Positions 16,735 to 24,108 of a stretch of 25,599 bases of DNA are shown piece by piece. How positions within the stretch are numbered: the first letter of the stretch is position 1; each line of letters starts with the position of its first letter. The DNA is from a virus. Taxonomy: Duplodnaviria > Caudoviricetes. The stretch spans positions 1 through 25,599 of the IMG/VR virus record IMGVR_UViG_3300026189_000026, one strand, 5' to 3'. A program made the position numbers and the translations under genes. The notes under the pieces were generated by a model. It saw nothing but the letters and a program-made list of their open reading frames with translations, did not search any database and was not told the origin of the DNA.

Positions 16735-18433
16735 GAAGATCCGGTGGAAAAACTTTTTGAGCACTGGTAATCAATTCACAGAGGTCAGTCTTTGTGATAA
16801 TTCGACGAGTTTGATTATTGGAACGAATGGTGCTGGTAAGAGCACCATTCTTGATGCCTTGTGCTTCTCTTTGTTTGGAAAACCTTTTCGCAAAATCAAC
16901 AAACCACAACTAATCAATTCGACAAATGAAAAGGATTGTAGAGTTGAAATAGAATTTACTCTTTCTGGAATTCAGTGGAAAGTTGTAAGGGGAATCAAAC
17001 CCGGAATTTTTGAAATCTGGAAGAATGGATCCCTGATGGATCAAGCTTCATCTGTTGTCGATCAACAGAAGTGGTTTGAGCAGAATGTTCTAAAGATGAA
17101 CTTTAAATCTTTCACACAGATTGTAATTCTTGGAAGCAGCACATTTGTTCCCTTCATGCAGTTGACTTCCTCCAATCGTCGCGAAGTAATTGAGGATCTT
17201 TTAGATATTCGCATTTTTTCCAATATGAATATGGTAATAAAGGAGAAGATAAGAGAGATAAAAGAGAACATAAAAGTTTTGGAACTGAAAAAAGACTCTC
17301 TGAATGATAAAGTATCAATGCAGAAAGAATTTATTCAAAAAGTTGAAAGAGATTCTGAGTTTATGATTGGTGCGAAGCAGAATCGCATAAGTAGTTTAGA
17401 ATCTGAGATGGCAGATCATCTTCAGAAAATTGAAAGATATAATGATGAAATTGCTGAAAAACAACTTGAATTTGATGATTGGTCTGGTGATAAGAATAAA
17501 CTAAAGAAACTCAATCAACTAAGAGGTAAGATCTCTCATCGAATTGATTCCGTTGTTAAGGAACATAAATTTTTTACTGGAAATAAGGTTTGCCCTACCT
17601 GCACACAATCTATTGAAGAAGACTTTAGAATAAATAAAATTACAGACGCTCAAAATAAGTCAAAGGAGTTGCAATCAGGTTTTCTTGAACTTGAAGAGGC
17701 AATTAAAGAGGAAGAAGAGCGAGAGCGTCAACTTAACTCTATCACTCGGGAGATAACTAACCTCACGCATGGCATATCTACAAACAATGTTACGGTTTCT
17801 GAGATTCGGAAACAGATCAAGTGTTTGGAATCAGAAATTCAAAAACTTGCCAGTCAACTTGCAAACAAGAATTCTGAACATGAGAAGTTAGACTCCTTTA
17901 AAAAGAAATTAAAAGAAACTCTAAACGAACTTTCTGAGAGTAGAGAAAAAATTAACTATTATGATTTTTCTTACTCTTTGCTAAAAGATGGTGGAGTAAA
18001 AACAAAAATCATCAAGAAGTATCTGCCCTTAATAAACAATCAGGCAAATAGATATCTTCAGATGATGGATTTTTATATCAACTTTACGTTGGATGAGGAG
18101 TTTAACGAAACGATTCGCTCTCCAATTCACGAAGACTTCTCATATTCTTCTTTTAGTGAAGGTGAGAAAATGAGAATTGATCTAGCTCTTTTGTTTACTT
18201 GGAGAGAAGTTGCTAGAATGAAGAACTCTGTCAACACCAATCTGTTAATTATGGATGAAGTATTTGATAGTTCTCTTGATGGATTTGGTACTGAGGAGTT
18301 TCTAAAAATTATTCGATATGTAATCAAGGATGCAAATGTCTTTATTATTTCTCATAAGGAATCTCTTCATGATAAATTTGAGAATGTGATAAAGTTTGAA
18401 AAAGTAAAAGGTTTTAGCAGAATGTTGTCATGA
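16721..18433 (+). CDS. g46: Recombination ATPase subunit gp46 (Rad50/SbcC-like)
   Basis: Walker A GTNGAGKS, coiled coils with zinc hook CPTC, signature FSEGE, Walker B LLIMDE, D-loop SSLD, H-loop ISH. Confidence 0.97.
   Translation: MILFEKIRWKNFLSTGNQFTEVSLCDNSTSLIIGTNGAGKSTILDALCFSLFGKPFRKINKPQLINSTNEKDCRVEIEFTLSGIQWKVVRGIKPGIFEIWKNGSLMDQASSVVDQQKWFEQNVLKMNFKSFTQIVILGSSTFVPFMQLTSSNRREVIEDLLDIRIFSNMNMVIKEKIREIKENIKVLELKKDSLNDKVSMQKEFIQKVERDSEFMIGAKQNRISSLESEMADHLQKIERYNDEIAEKQLEFDDWSGDKNKLKKLNQLRGKISHRIDSVVKEHKFFTGNKVCPTCTQSIEEDFRINKITDAQNKSKELQSGFLELEEAIKEEEERERQLNSITREITNLTHGISTNNVTVSEIRKQIKCLESEIQKLASQLANKNSEHEKLDSFKKKLKETLNELSESREKINYYDFSYSLLKDGGVKTKIIKKYLPLINNQANRYLQMMDFYINFTLDEEFNETIRSPIHEDFSYSSFSEGEKMRIDLALLFTWREVARMKNSVNTNLLIMDEVFDSSLDGFGTEEFLKIIRYVIKDANVFIISHKESLHDKFENVIKFEKVKGFSRMLS
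17629..17636 (+). promoter_or_regulatory. Candidate internal late promoter within g46
   Basis: AATAAATA, identical to the boxes before g18 and uvsW, 8 nt upstream of a nested hairpin. Confidence 0.5.
17769..17891 (+). CDS. Candidate overprinted 40-aa basic peptide in the +1 frame of g46
   Basis: MAYLQTMLRFLRFGNRSSVWNQKFKNLPVNLQTRILNMRS*; downstream of the late box and structured leader. GGGAG at 17748-52 is unusually far (16 nt) from the ATG. Confidence 0.35.
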   Translation: MAYLQTMLRFLRFGNRSSVWNQKFKNLPVNLQTRILNMRS

Positions 18434-19164
18434 GAGTTTTAGTTACAGGTCATAAAGGTTTTATAGGTAGAAATGTATATCTAGATTGGCAAGAACAACT
18501 GGGATCTGTAAATGTAGATGGAATTGATTTTCCAGACAACATTGGTCAGTTTGATGGTGGTGATTATGATTTGGTAATTCATCTTGCTGCTTATGCAAAC
18601 ATTCGAGAGAGTCTAGAAGATCCTGAAAAGTTCTATGTAAATAATGTATTGATGGCAAAACCATTATTTGATTGGTGTCGGGATACAAATACTCGTCTTC
18701 TCTATGCATCATCGAGTGCTGTGGAAGAAGAGTATTGGGAAAATCCATATGCAATGACAAAGTGGGTAAACGAAATGATGGCCCCATCAAACTCTGTTGG
18801 ATTAAGATTCACTACAGTTTATGGTCCAGACAGTCGAAAAGATATGATGTATCGTATGCTAGAAGATAAAAATGCAAAATACGTTACAAATCATCGGAGA
18901 GATTGGATTCACGTAAAGGATGTCTGTCGTGCAATTCGATATCTCGCTCACGCAAATGTTAATGGCCCAGTGTCTGTTGGAACGGGAAATTCTGTCTCTG
19001 TAAAAGAACTTGCAGAAAAGATGGGCATGGGACACTTACCTCTGAAAGAAAATACTCCAGGAGAAAGACTTGATAATGCTGCAGATACCACTGTTTTGAC
19101 TAGTATTGGATGGTTCCCCACTGTCAATGTTATGGATACTGTGAAGAAAAATTTAGTTTCATAA
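18430..19164 (+). CDS. NAD-dependent nucleotide-sugar epimerase/dehydratase (extended SDR, WcaG-like)
   Basis: TGHKGFIG Rossmann motif, VIHLAA, YASSS, catalytic YAMTK (YxxxK), LRF.TVYGP, RDWIHV.D; ATGA overlap with g46. Confidence 0.93.
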   Translation: MRVLVTGHKGFIGRNVYLDWQEQLGSVNVDGIDFPDNIGQFDGGDYDLVIHLAAYANIRESLEDPEKFYVNNVLMAKPLFDWCRDTNTRLLYASSSAVEEEYWENPYAMTKWVNEMMAPSNSVGLRFTTVYGPDSRKDMMYRMLEDKNAKYVTNHRRDWIHVKDVCRAIRYLAHANVNGPVSVGTGNSVSVKELAEKMGMGHLPLKENTPGERLDNAADTTVLTSIGWFPTVNVMDTVKKNLVS

Positions 19165-19238
19165 AAAACTTATTAAGTGTAAAGCAAAAGACATTAAGTT
19201 AGCATACGCTGACTATATAATATAGAATTGAGGCAATT

Positions 19239-19254
19239 TGTATGGCATGATACA
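19239..19254 (+). promoter_or_regulatory. NtcA-box-like operator
   Basis: TGTA-TGGCATGA-TACA matches the cyanobacterial NtcA consensus (T)GTA-N8-TAC(A). It is intergenic, 17 nt downstream of TATAAT (19216-21). Confidence 0.55.
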
Positions 19255-19287
19255 TTTATTATGTTATGTTGATCATCCGGAGGTATA

Positions 19288-19464
19288 ATGCACAATCTCA
19301 TTTCTTATAATCAATTAGCTGGTTGGAAGCAAAGCATAGAAAAACTTTCTATCATAGATCAAAAAACAGATGATGCCGACATCCTTAACGATTATTATAA
19401 CTGCTTGATCGAATGCGACGAAACCCAACACATGTGTAAACGTATTTGTAAAGAACTTTTGTAA
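19288..19464 (+). CDS. Small Cys4 protein (58 aa); absent from the supplied ORF track
   Basis: SD GGAGGT at 19279-84. Translated by hand: MHNLISYNQLAGWKQSIEKLSIIDQKTDDADILNDYYNCLIECDETQHMCKRICKELL*, with CxxxC-x6-CxxxC. Confidence 0.8.
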   Translation: MHNLISYNQLAGWKQSIEKLSIIDQKTDDADILNDYYNCLIECDETQHMCKRICKELL

Positions 19465-19467
19465 CAA

Positions 19468-19525
19468 GGACACTAGAAAAACTGTCACTGAGGGCCCTCA
19501 CCGAAAGGTGGGGGTTTAGTATTAT
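19468..19525 (+). promoter_or_regulatory. Candidate early promoter with upstream dyad box
   Basis: GGACACTAGAAAAACTGTCAC, then 31 nt, then TATTAT (19520-25); the same AACTGTCAC box recurs at 22441. Confidence 0.6.
19494..19517 (+). terminator. GNRA-loop hairpin, possible weak terminator for the Cys4 gene
   Basis: GCCCTCACC-GAAA-GGTGGGGGT, 9 bp including 2 G-U pairs; only a short T run follows. Confidence 0.5.
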
Positions 19526-19547
19526 GGCCACATAAGAAACGAACCAC

Positions 19548-21713
19548 ATGTACGTCTCCCACGAAATCAAGTCACAACTGGCAAAACTCCTTGCGACTGA
19601 AGACCTGGTCGTTGAGCATCGTCAGATCGAGACCGCACAATTCAATGTTCACACTCGTGTCCTGACCCTCCCTGTATGGGATACGAGCAATGTTGTGTAT
19701 GACATGCTCGTTGGTCATGAGGTTGGTCATGCCCTGTTTACTCCAGACAATGACTGGTTTCTGGAGCATGATATTCCACCACAGTTTGTCAATGTGGTAG
19801 AAGACGCTCGCATTGAGAAGTTGATGAAGCGCAAGTATCCTGGACTTGCAAAGACATTTTTTGGTGGATACAAGGAAATGAATGAAAATGACTTCTTTGA
19901 CCTGTCGGGTGAAGATGTCTCCTCCATGAATCTTGCAGATCGAGTTAACCTATACTTTAAGGTTGGAAACTTTGTTGATATCAACTTTGACGATCAAAAA
20001 GAAATGCCTCTCGTCCACACAATTGCTGAGTGTGAGACATTTGAAGATGTTCTAATTGCCGCAGAGACTCTTTACAAGCACTGCAAGAAAGAGATTGATA
20101 ATGATGACAGACCAGATGCTCCTATTCCCCCTCAGGAGAACTTTGAGTCTGAATCTTCTCAACAGAACTCTGAGACTTTAGATTCTCAAGATTCTGAAAA
20201 TAGTGATAGTGAGGATGAATCTCAAGATTCTATTGAGAACAATTCTCAAGTTACTCCCGGATCTAATGCTGGAGATAATGATGAATTGGAAGTTACAACA
20301 GCGAACAATCTTGAAGAAAAACTCAAGGATCTGATTGACCAAAGGTCTGGTGACAGTGTCTATGCTGAAATCCCCAAACTAGATTCTCAAAACCTCATCG
20401 CTAAAAACTCTGACGTTCATGACGTAATTAACGAGTGGTTCACTCTTGTTCAAAGAACGTCTAATCAAAGAGCAAAATCTCATGGAATGGATGGGATTGA
20501 TCTTTATAGTGTTGTTGACCAACTTTTCTATGACTTCAAGAAGTCTGCTCAGAAGGAAGTCAACTATTTGGTGAAGGAGTTTGAATGCAAGAAAGCAGCA
20601 GATTCCTATGCTCGTGCTTCTACCTCTCGCACTGGTGTTCTTGACACCGCTAAACTTCATACTTATAGATATAATGAAGATCTCTTCAAGAAGGTTACGG
20701 TCCTTCCAGACGGTAAGAATCATGGGTTGATCTTTGTTCTTGATTGGTCTGGATCAATGTCTAACGTTCTTCGGGATACCTGCAAGCAACTATTCAACTT
20801 GATCTGGTTTTGTAAGAAAGTATCGATCCCTTTTGAGGTTTATGCATTCACTAATGAGTGGAAAAGATCTCATTACAGCCACAAACTAGAAAAGTATGTT
20901 GATGCTGATTTGACTCCTTCATATAAAAAGAAAGAAGGTTTCTTGTCCATTGACGATTCATTTTCTATGATGAATATTTTCACCAGTCAAGTTCCTGCAA
21001 AGGAGATTGAAAAACAGATGATCAATATTTGGAGAATTGCTTGTTACTATGGCAATGTATATGGTTCTCGCTACTCTGTTCCTGAGCGTCTTAGTTTGTC
21101 TGGAACTCCCCTAAATGAAGCATTGGTTTCTCTTCATACAATTCTTCCAGACTTTCAGAAGACAAATAAACTTCAGAAAGTTCAGTGCATTGTTCTTACT
21201 GATGGTGAAGCAAATAGTCTTTCATATCATGTTACGGTTAAGAGGCCCTGGGAACCAGAACCATTTCTTGGAACCCGTCATCTTTATCCGGGAGAGTCCT
21301 ATGTCCGTGATCGCAAACTTGGAACAACCTATGCAATACAGGGTCAATATCGATGCTTCACTGATGTCATGCTTCGCAACTTGAAGGACAACTTCCCTAA
21401 CGCAAACTTCATTGGAATTCGGGTTCTTGCTCCTCGCGATGCAAACTCATTCATTCGTAGTTACTGTGACTTTGGTGATGATGAGTTTGATCGTATTCAA
21501 AAAGATTGGAAGAAGTCTAGGAGCTTTAACATCAAATCTTCTGGATATGATGCTTACTTTGGAATGTCTTCTGCAACTCTTTCTCAGGAATCTGAGTTTG
21601 AAGTTGATGGTGGTGCAACCAAAGCAAAGATCAAATCTGCATTTGCTAAGTCTCTGAAGACCAAAAAACTAAATAAAAAGGTATTAGGAGAATTTATTTC
21701 TTTGGTGGTATGA
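19548..21713 (+). CDS. Metallopeptidase-VWA domain protein (CobT-like partner of a MoxR-type ATPase)
   Basis: HEVGH (HExxH) plus NVVEDARIE, acidic Ser/Asp/Glu linker, VWA MIDAS DWSGS ... SGTPL ... LTDGE. Confidence 0.88.
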   Translation: MYVSHEIKSQLAKLLATEDLVVEHRQIETAQFNVHTRVLTLPVWDTSNVVYDMLVGHEVGHALFTPDNDWFLEHDIPPQFVNVVEDARIEKLMKRKYPGLAKTFFGGYKEMNENDFFDLSGEDVSSMNLADRVNLYFKVGNFVDINFDDQKEMPLVHTIAECETFEDVLIAAETLYKHCKKEIDNDDRPDAPIPPQENFESESSQQNSETLDSQDSENSDSEDESQDSIENNSQVTPGSNAGDNDELEVTTANNLEEKLKDLIDQRSGDSVYAEIPKLDSQNLIAKNSDVHDVINEWFTLVQRTSNQRAKSHGMDGIDLYSVVDQLFYDFKKSAQKEVNYLVKEFECKKAADSYARASTSRTGVLDTAKLHTYRYNEDLFKKVTVLPDGKNHGLIFVLDWSGSMSNVLRDTCKQLFNLIWFCKKVSIPFEVYAFTNEWKRSHYSHKLEKYVDADLTPSYKKKEGFLSIDDSFSMMNIFTSQVPAKEIEKQMINIWRIACYYGNVYGSRYSVPERLSLSGTPLNEALVSLHTILPDFQKTNKLQKVQCIVLTDGEANSLSYHVTVKRPWEPEPFLGTRHLYPGESYVRDRKLGTTYAIQGQYRCFTDVMLRNLKDNFPNANFIGIRVLAPRDANSFIRSYCDFGDDEFDRIQKDWKKSRSFNIKSSGYDAYFGMSSATLSQESEFEVDGGATKAKIKSAFAKSLKTKKLNKKVLGEFISLVV
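21668..21675 (+). promoter_or_regulatory. Candidate late promoter for ORF 21710
   Basis: ACTAAATA in the 3' end of the VWA gene, 34 nt before ATG 21710; AGGAG lies between them. Confidence 0.55.
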
Positions 21714-22270
21714 AGACATTTCAGCAATTTGTGGTAGAATGTAACTCTATTCAGGAAACTTCTTTGAATAGAGTTCGCTCTAAATCACAGAAGGGTGGCA
21801 TGGCTATCCTTTCCGGCCAAAGAGGGAACAAGTCCTCCAAAGAGAATAAAGAGAGAAGTAAGAGAACTGAAAGACGAATTCGTGGCGCTGGCCTTCCAGG
21901 TCCTACAAAAGTATCTGGAAGATATACAGAAAACCCAGGAACACCTCAAGAGAAGAAAGTTGGAGAGAAGTCTCATGTAGTTTCTTCTGGTAAAATGGGT
22001 AAACGCAAGTTCAAAAAAACCATCGAAAAGTTGGGAACAGAACGTGGACTCAAGCACAAGAAGAATACAAAACCCGGATCGTCTAAAGATGATCAGGATT
22101 CAGTTCTGATTCAACGCAAATCAAAAGGATCTGCTACACTCAAAGGAACATCTAAGCAATCTTGGCCTGGTAAAGGAAAGAACGCAAAGGTTGGGAAAAT
22201 GAGACCAGGTAGAACTGGTGAATTTGATACTAAAGTGAAAAACAAAACATTTACCTATGAAGAAAAGTAA
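21710..22270 (+). CDS. Highly basic hypothetical protein, probable head-packaged protein
   Basis: N-terminal MKTFQQFVVECNSIQE leader followed by a Lys/Arg/Gly-rich body; ATGA overlap. Confidence 0.8.
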   Translation: MKTFQQFVVECNSIQETSLNRVRSKSQKGGMAILSGQRGNKSSKENKERSKRTERRIRGAGLPGPTKVSGRYTENPGTPQEKKVGEKSHVVSSGKMGKRKFKKTIEKLGTERGLKHKKNTKPGSSKDDQDSVLIQRKSKGSATLKGTSKQSWPGKGKNAKVGKMRPGRTGEFDTKVKNKTFTYEEK

Positions 22271-22439
22271 GTTTCCCCTGCGACACATCGTTATTGAAGA
22301 GAAGAAAGAAGTATGGATTCGAACCGATAGCAGCATCACTGCTATGGGAGTCCCTGCAATGATGAAGCAGCACTTTCCTGGATATACTGGCAAGATTGCT
22401 TCAGAAGACTACTTCCAAGAACTTCTGAAATCACAATAA
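22257..22439 (+). CDS. Small hypothetical protein (60 aa)
   Basis: Fills the gap before the cobS promoter; FPL.HIV, EVWI, SSITAMG, FPGY. Confidence 0.7.
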   Translation: MKKSKFPLRHIVIEEKKEVWIRTDSSITAMGVPAMMKQHFPGYTGKIASEDYFQELLKSQ

Positions 22440-22485
22440 GAACTGTCACAAGGTCCTCTGAGAGCAGGTCTATATGCACTATACT
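22431..22485 (+). promoter_or_regulatory. Candidate early promoter for the cobS-like gene
   Basis: TCACAATAAGAACTGTCAC, then 30 nt, then TATACT (22480-85). Confidence 0.6.
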
Positions 22486-22506
22486 TAGATCAGTTCAAAC
22501 AAAGAC

Positions 22507-23607
22507 ATGACCTACTCCACAGAACTCATCCGCGACGGTCTTCACTCCACTTATGGAAACGCCATCACAAAGGCGAATATCGAAGCATGGATTGCAGACA
22601 GTGGCGTTTCCCTTTCCTATCAGACTGTTGCTAAGAAGTTGAAGCAGTATAAGTCTGGTCGAGGAACTTACAATCTTGAAGTAACAAAAGAGACAGTCAA
22701 AGACCTGGAAGTATCTTACAATTCTCCTGCTGCTATTCCCTCTGTGGAACAAAACCTTATTCCCGATAAAGATGATTCCTTCGTCAAGTTTGGTAACTTC
22801 ACTGATATTAAAAAAATTATTTCTTCCCGTCTATTCTACCCAACGTTCATTACGGGCCTTTCGGGTAACGGTAAAACGTTCTCTGTCGAACAGGCGTGCG
22901 CCCAACTGGGTCGCGAACTTATTCGGGTGAATATTACGATTGAGACGGATGAAGATGACTTGGTGGGTGGTTTTAGGCTTGTCGATGGGAATACTGCATG
23001 GCACAATGGTCCCGTTATCGAAGCACTCGAACGCGGAGCAGTTCTCCTTCTGGACGAGATCGACCTGGCATCCAACAAAATCCTCTGTCTTCAGTCCATT
23101 CTAGAAGGTAAGGGCGTCTTCCTCAAGAAGATCGGTAAGTGGATCAAACCCACTGATGGATTCCAAGTTATTGCCACGGCCAACACCAAGGGCAAGGGAT
23201 CTGACGATGGTCGGTTCATTGGTACCAACGTTCTCAATGAAGCGTTCCTGGAGCGTTTTCCTGTGACCTTCGAGCAAGAATATCCCACTGTTTCTGTTGA
23301 GACCAAGATTCTCAACAAACTGTGTGGTGATGTCAACTTCTGCAAGCGCCTTGCTGACTGGGCAGACATCATCCGCAAAACCTTCTATGATGGTGGTATT
23401 GAGGAAATTATCAGCACCCGCCGTCTGGTTCACATTGTGAAGGCATACAGCATCTTCGGAGATAAGGCAAAGGCAATTCAAGTTTGTGTCAATCGTTTTG
23501 ATGATGAGACCAAGCAAGCATTCCTGGAACTGTATGACAAGGTTGATGTTGACTTTGTGATGCCTTCTGAGAATGAAGGTTCCATTGACACATTTAGTGC
23601 TGTTTGA
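22507..23607 (+). CDS. cobS: CobS-like MoxR-family AAA+ ATPase
   Basis: Walker A GLSGNGKT, ETDEDDLVGG, Walker B LLLDE, sensor-1 ATAN, Arg finger LERF, sensor-2 STRR. Confidence 0.92.
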   Translation: MTYSTELIRDGLHSTYGNAITKANIEAWIADSGVSLSYQTVAKKLKQYKSGRGTYNLEVTKETVKDLEVSYNSPAAIPSVEQNLIPDKDDSFVKFGNFTDIKKIISSRLFYPTFITGLSGNGKTFSVEQACAQLGRELIRVNITIETDEDDLVGGFRLVDGNTAWHNGPVIEALERGAVLLLDEIDLASNKILCLQSILEGKGVFLKKIGKWIKPTDGFQVIATANTKGKGSDDGRFIGTNVLNEAFLERFPVTFEQEYPTVSVETKILNKLCGDVNFCKRLADWADIIRKTFYDGGIEEIISTRRLVHIVKAYSIFGDKAKAIQVCVNRFDDETKQAFLELYDKVDVDFVMPSENEGSIDTFSAV

Positions 23608-23613
23608 TATAAT
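23585..23613 (+). promoter_or_regulatory. Consensus sigma70 promoter for the g45 replication cluster
   Basis: TTGACA (23585-90), 17 nt, TATAAT (23608-13), plus extended -10 TG at 23605-06. Confidence 0.85.
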
Positions 23614-23614
23614 T

Positions 23615-24106
23615 ATGGCAAACTCCTGGAGCTTTCTTTACGACGAAATTATGAGCACGAATGAAATTTATGAGGACACTCTTCCAGAGTTTTCCCTCTC
23701 AGAAAAAGAAACCTCTTTATACGGGGAAGATATACTTACATTTGATGTAAATTTTCCAACATCTTCTGTTCCAGAACTTCCCCAAACCCCCGACAATAAC
23801 AACGGTCGCTGGAAGTATAATGAAGATGTTATCTTGAAGGATATCCACGAATATGTCAGTGGCACTTATCGTAGTCACTATACTGGCAAATCAAGTGGAT
23901 TTAAGGACATCCAAACTATTGATTTGATGGCAGCTAAAGGACTTGCTTCTGGATTTTGTCAATCAAACATCATAAAGTATGGAACACGATACGGTGATAA
24001 AGACGGACAAAATAAAAAAGATTTACTAAAAGTCATTCACTATGCTATGCTACTATTGCATTTTGATGATCATTACAAACCGACCACTTCTGACTTTCCA
24101 TATTGA
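23615..24106 (+). CDS. DUF3310 / SaV-like domain protein; start is ATG 23615 or 23651
   Basis: SHY, IQTID, GFCQSNIIKY..RYG.KDG...DLLKVIHY resemble the DUF3310 pattern. Confidence 0.75.
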   Translation: MANSWSFLYDEIMSTNEIYEDTLPEFSLSEKETSLYGEDILTFDVNFPTSSVPELPQTPDNNNGRWKYNEDVILKDIHEYVSGTYRSHYTGKSSGFKDIQTIDLMAAKGLASGFCQSNIIKYGTRYGDKDGQNKKDLLKVIHYAMLLLHFDDHYKPTTSDFPY

Positions 24107-24108
24107 TA

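Noticed and set aside
826-18433. Inteins, group I introns or homing endonucleases in g17, g20, g23, uvsW or g46
   Set aside because: All frames are continuous and of ordinary length, with no intein splice motifs or HNH/GIY-YIG/LAGLIDADG ORFs seen
19172-19199. Pho box
   Set aside because: Only two TTAA units, 21 nt apart, with no middle repeat at the 11-nt period
19165-19287. wcaG RNA motif, glutamine riboswitch or tRNA near the epimerase
   Set aside because: No multi-stem structure or cloverleaf visible by eye, and the epimerase has no 5' leader because it overlaps g46; an Infernal/Rfam scan would settle it
19288-19464. Calling the Cys4 protein CP12
   Set aside because: Lacks the AWD.VEEL core and the C-terminal Cx8C..Y(D/E) motif; Cys spacing differs
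20184-20231. TCTCAAGATTCT direct repeat 36 nt apart, as a possible CRISPR-like or att repeat
   Set aside because: Only two copies, in frame (SQDS), within a low-complexity acidic linker
22495-23517. Minus-strand ORFs of 80-138 aa over cobS
   Set aside because: Codon-bias shadows of a conserved AAA+ gene; no expression signals
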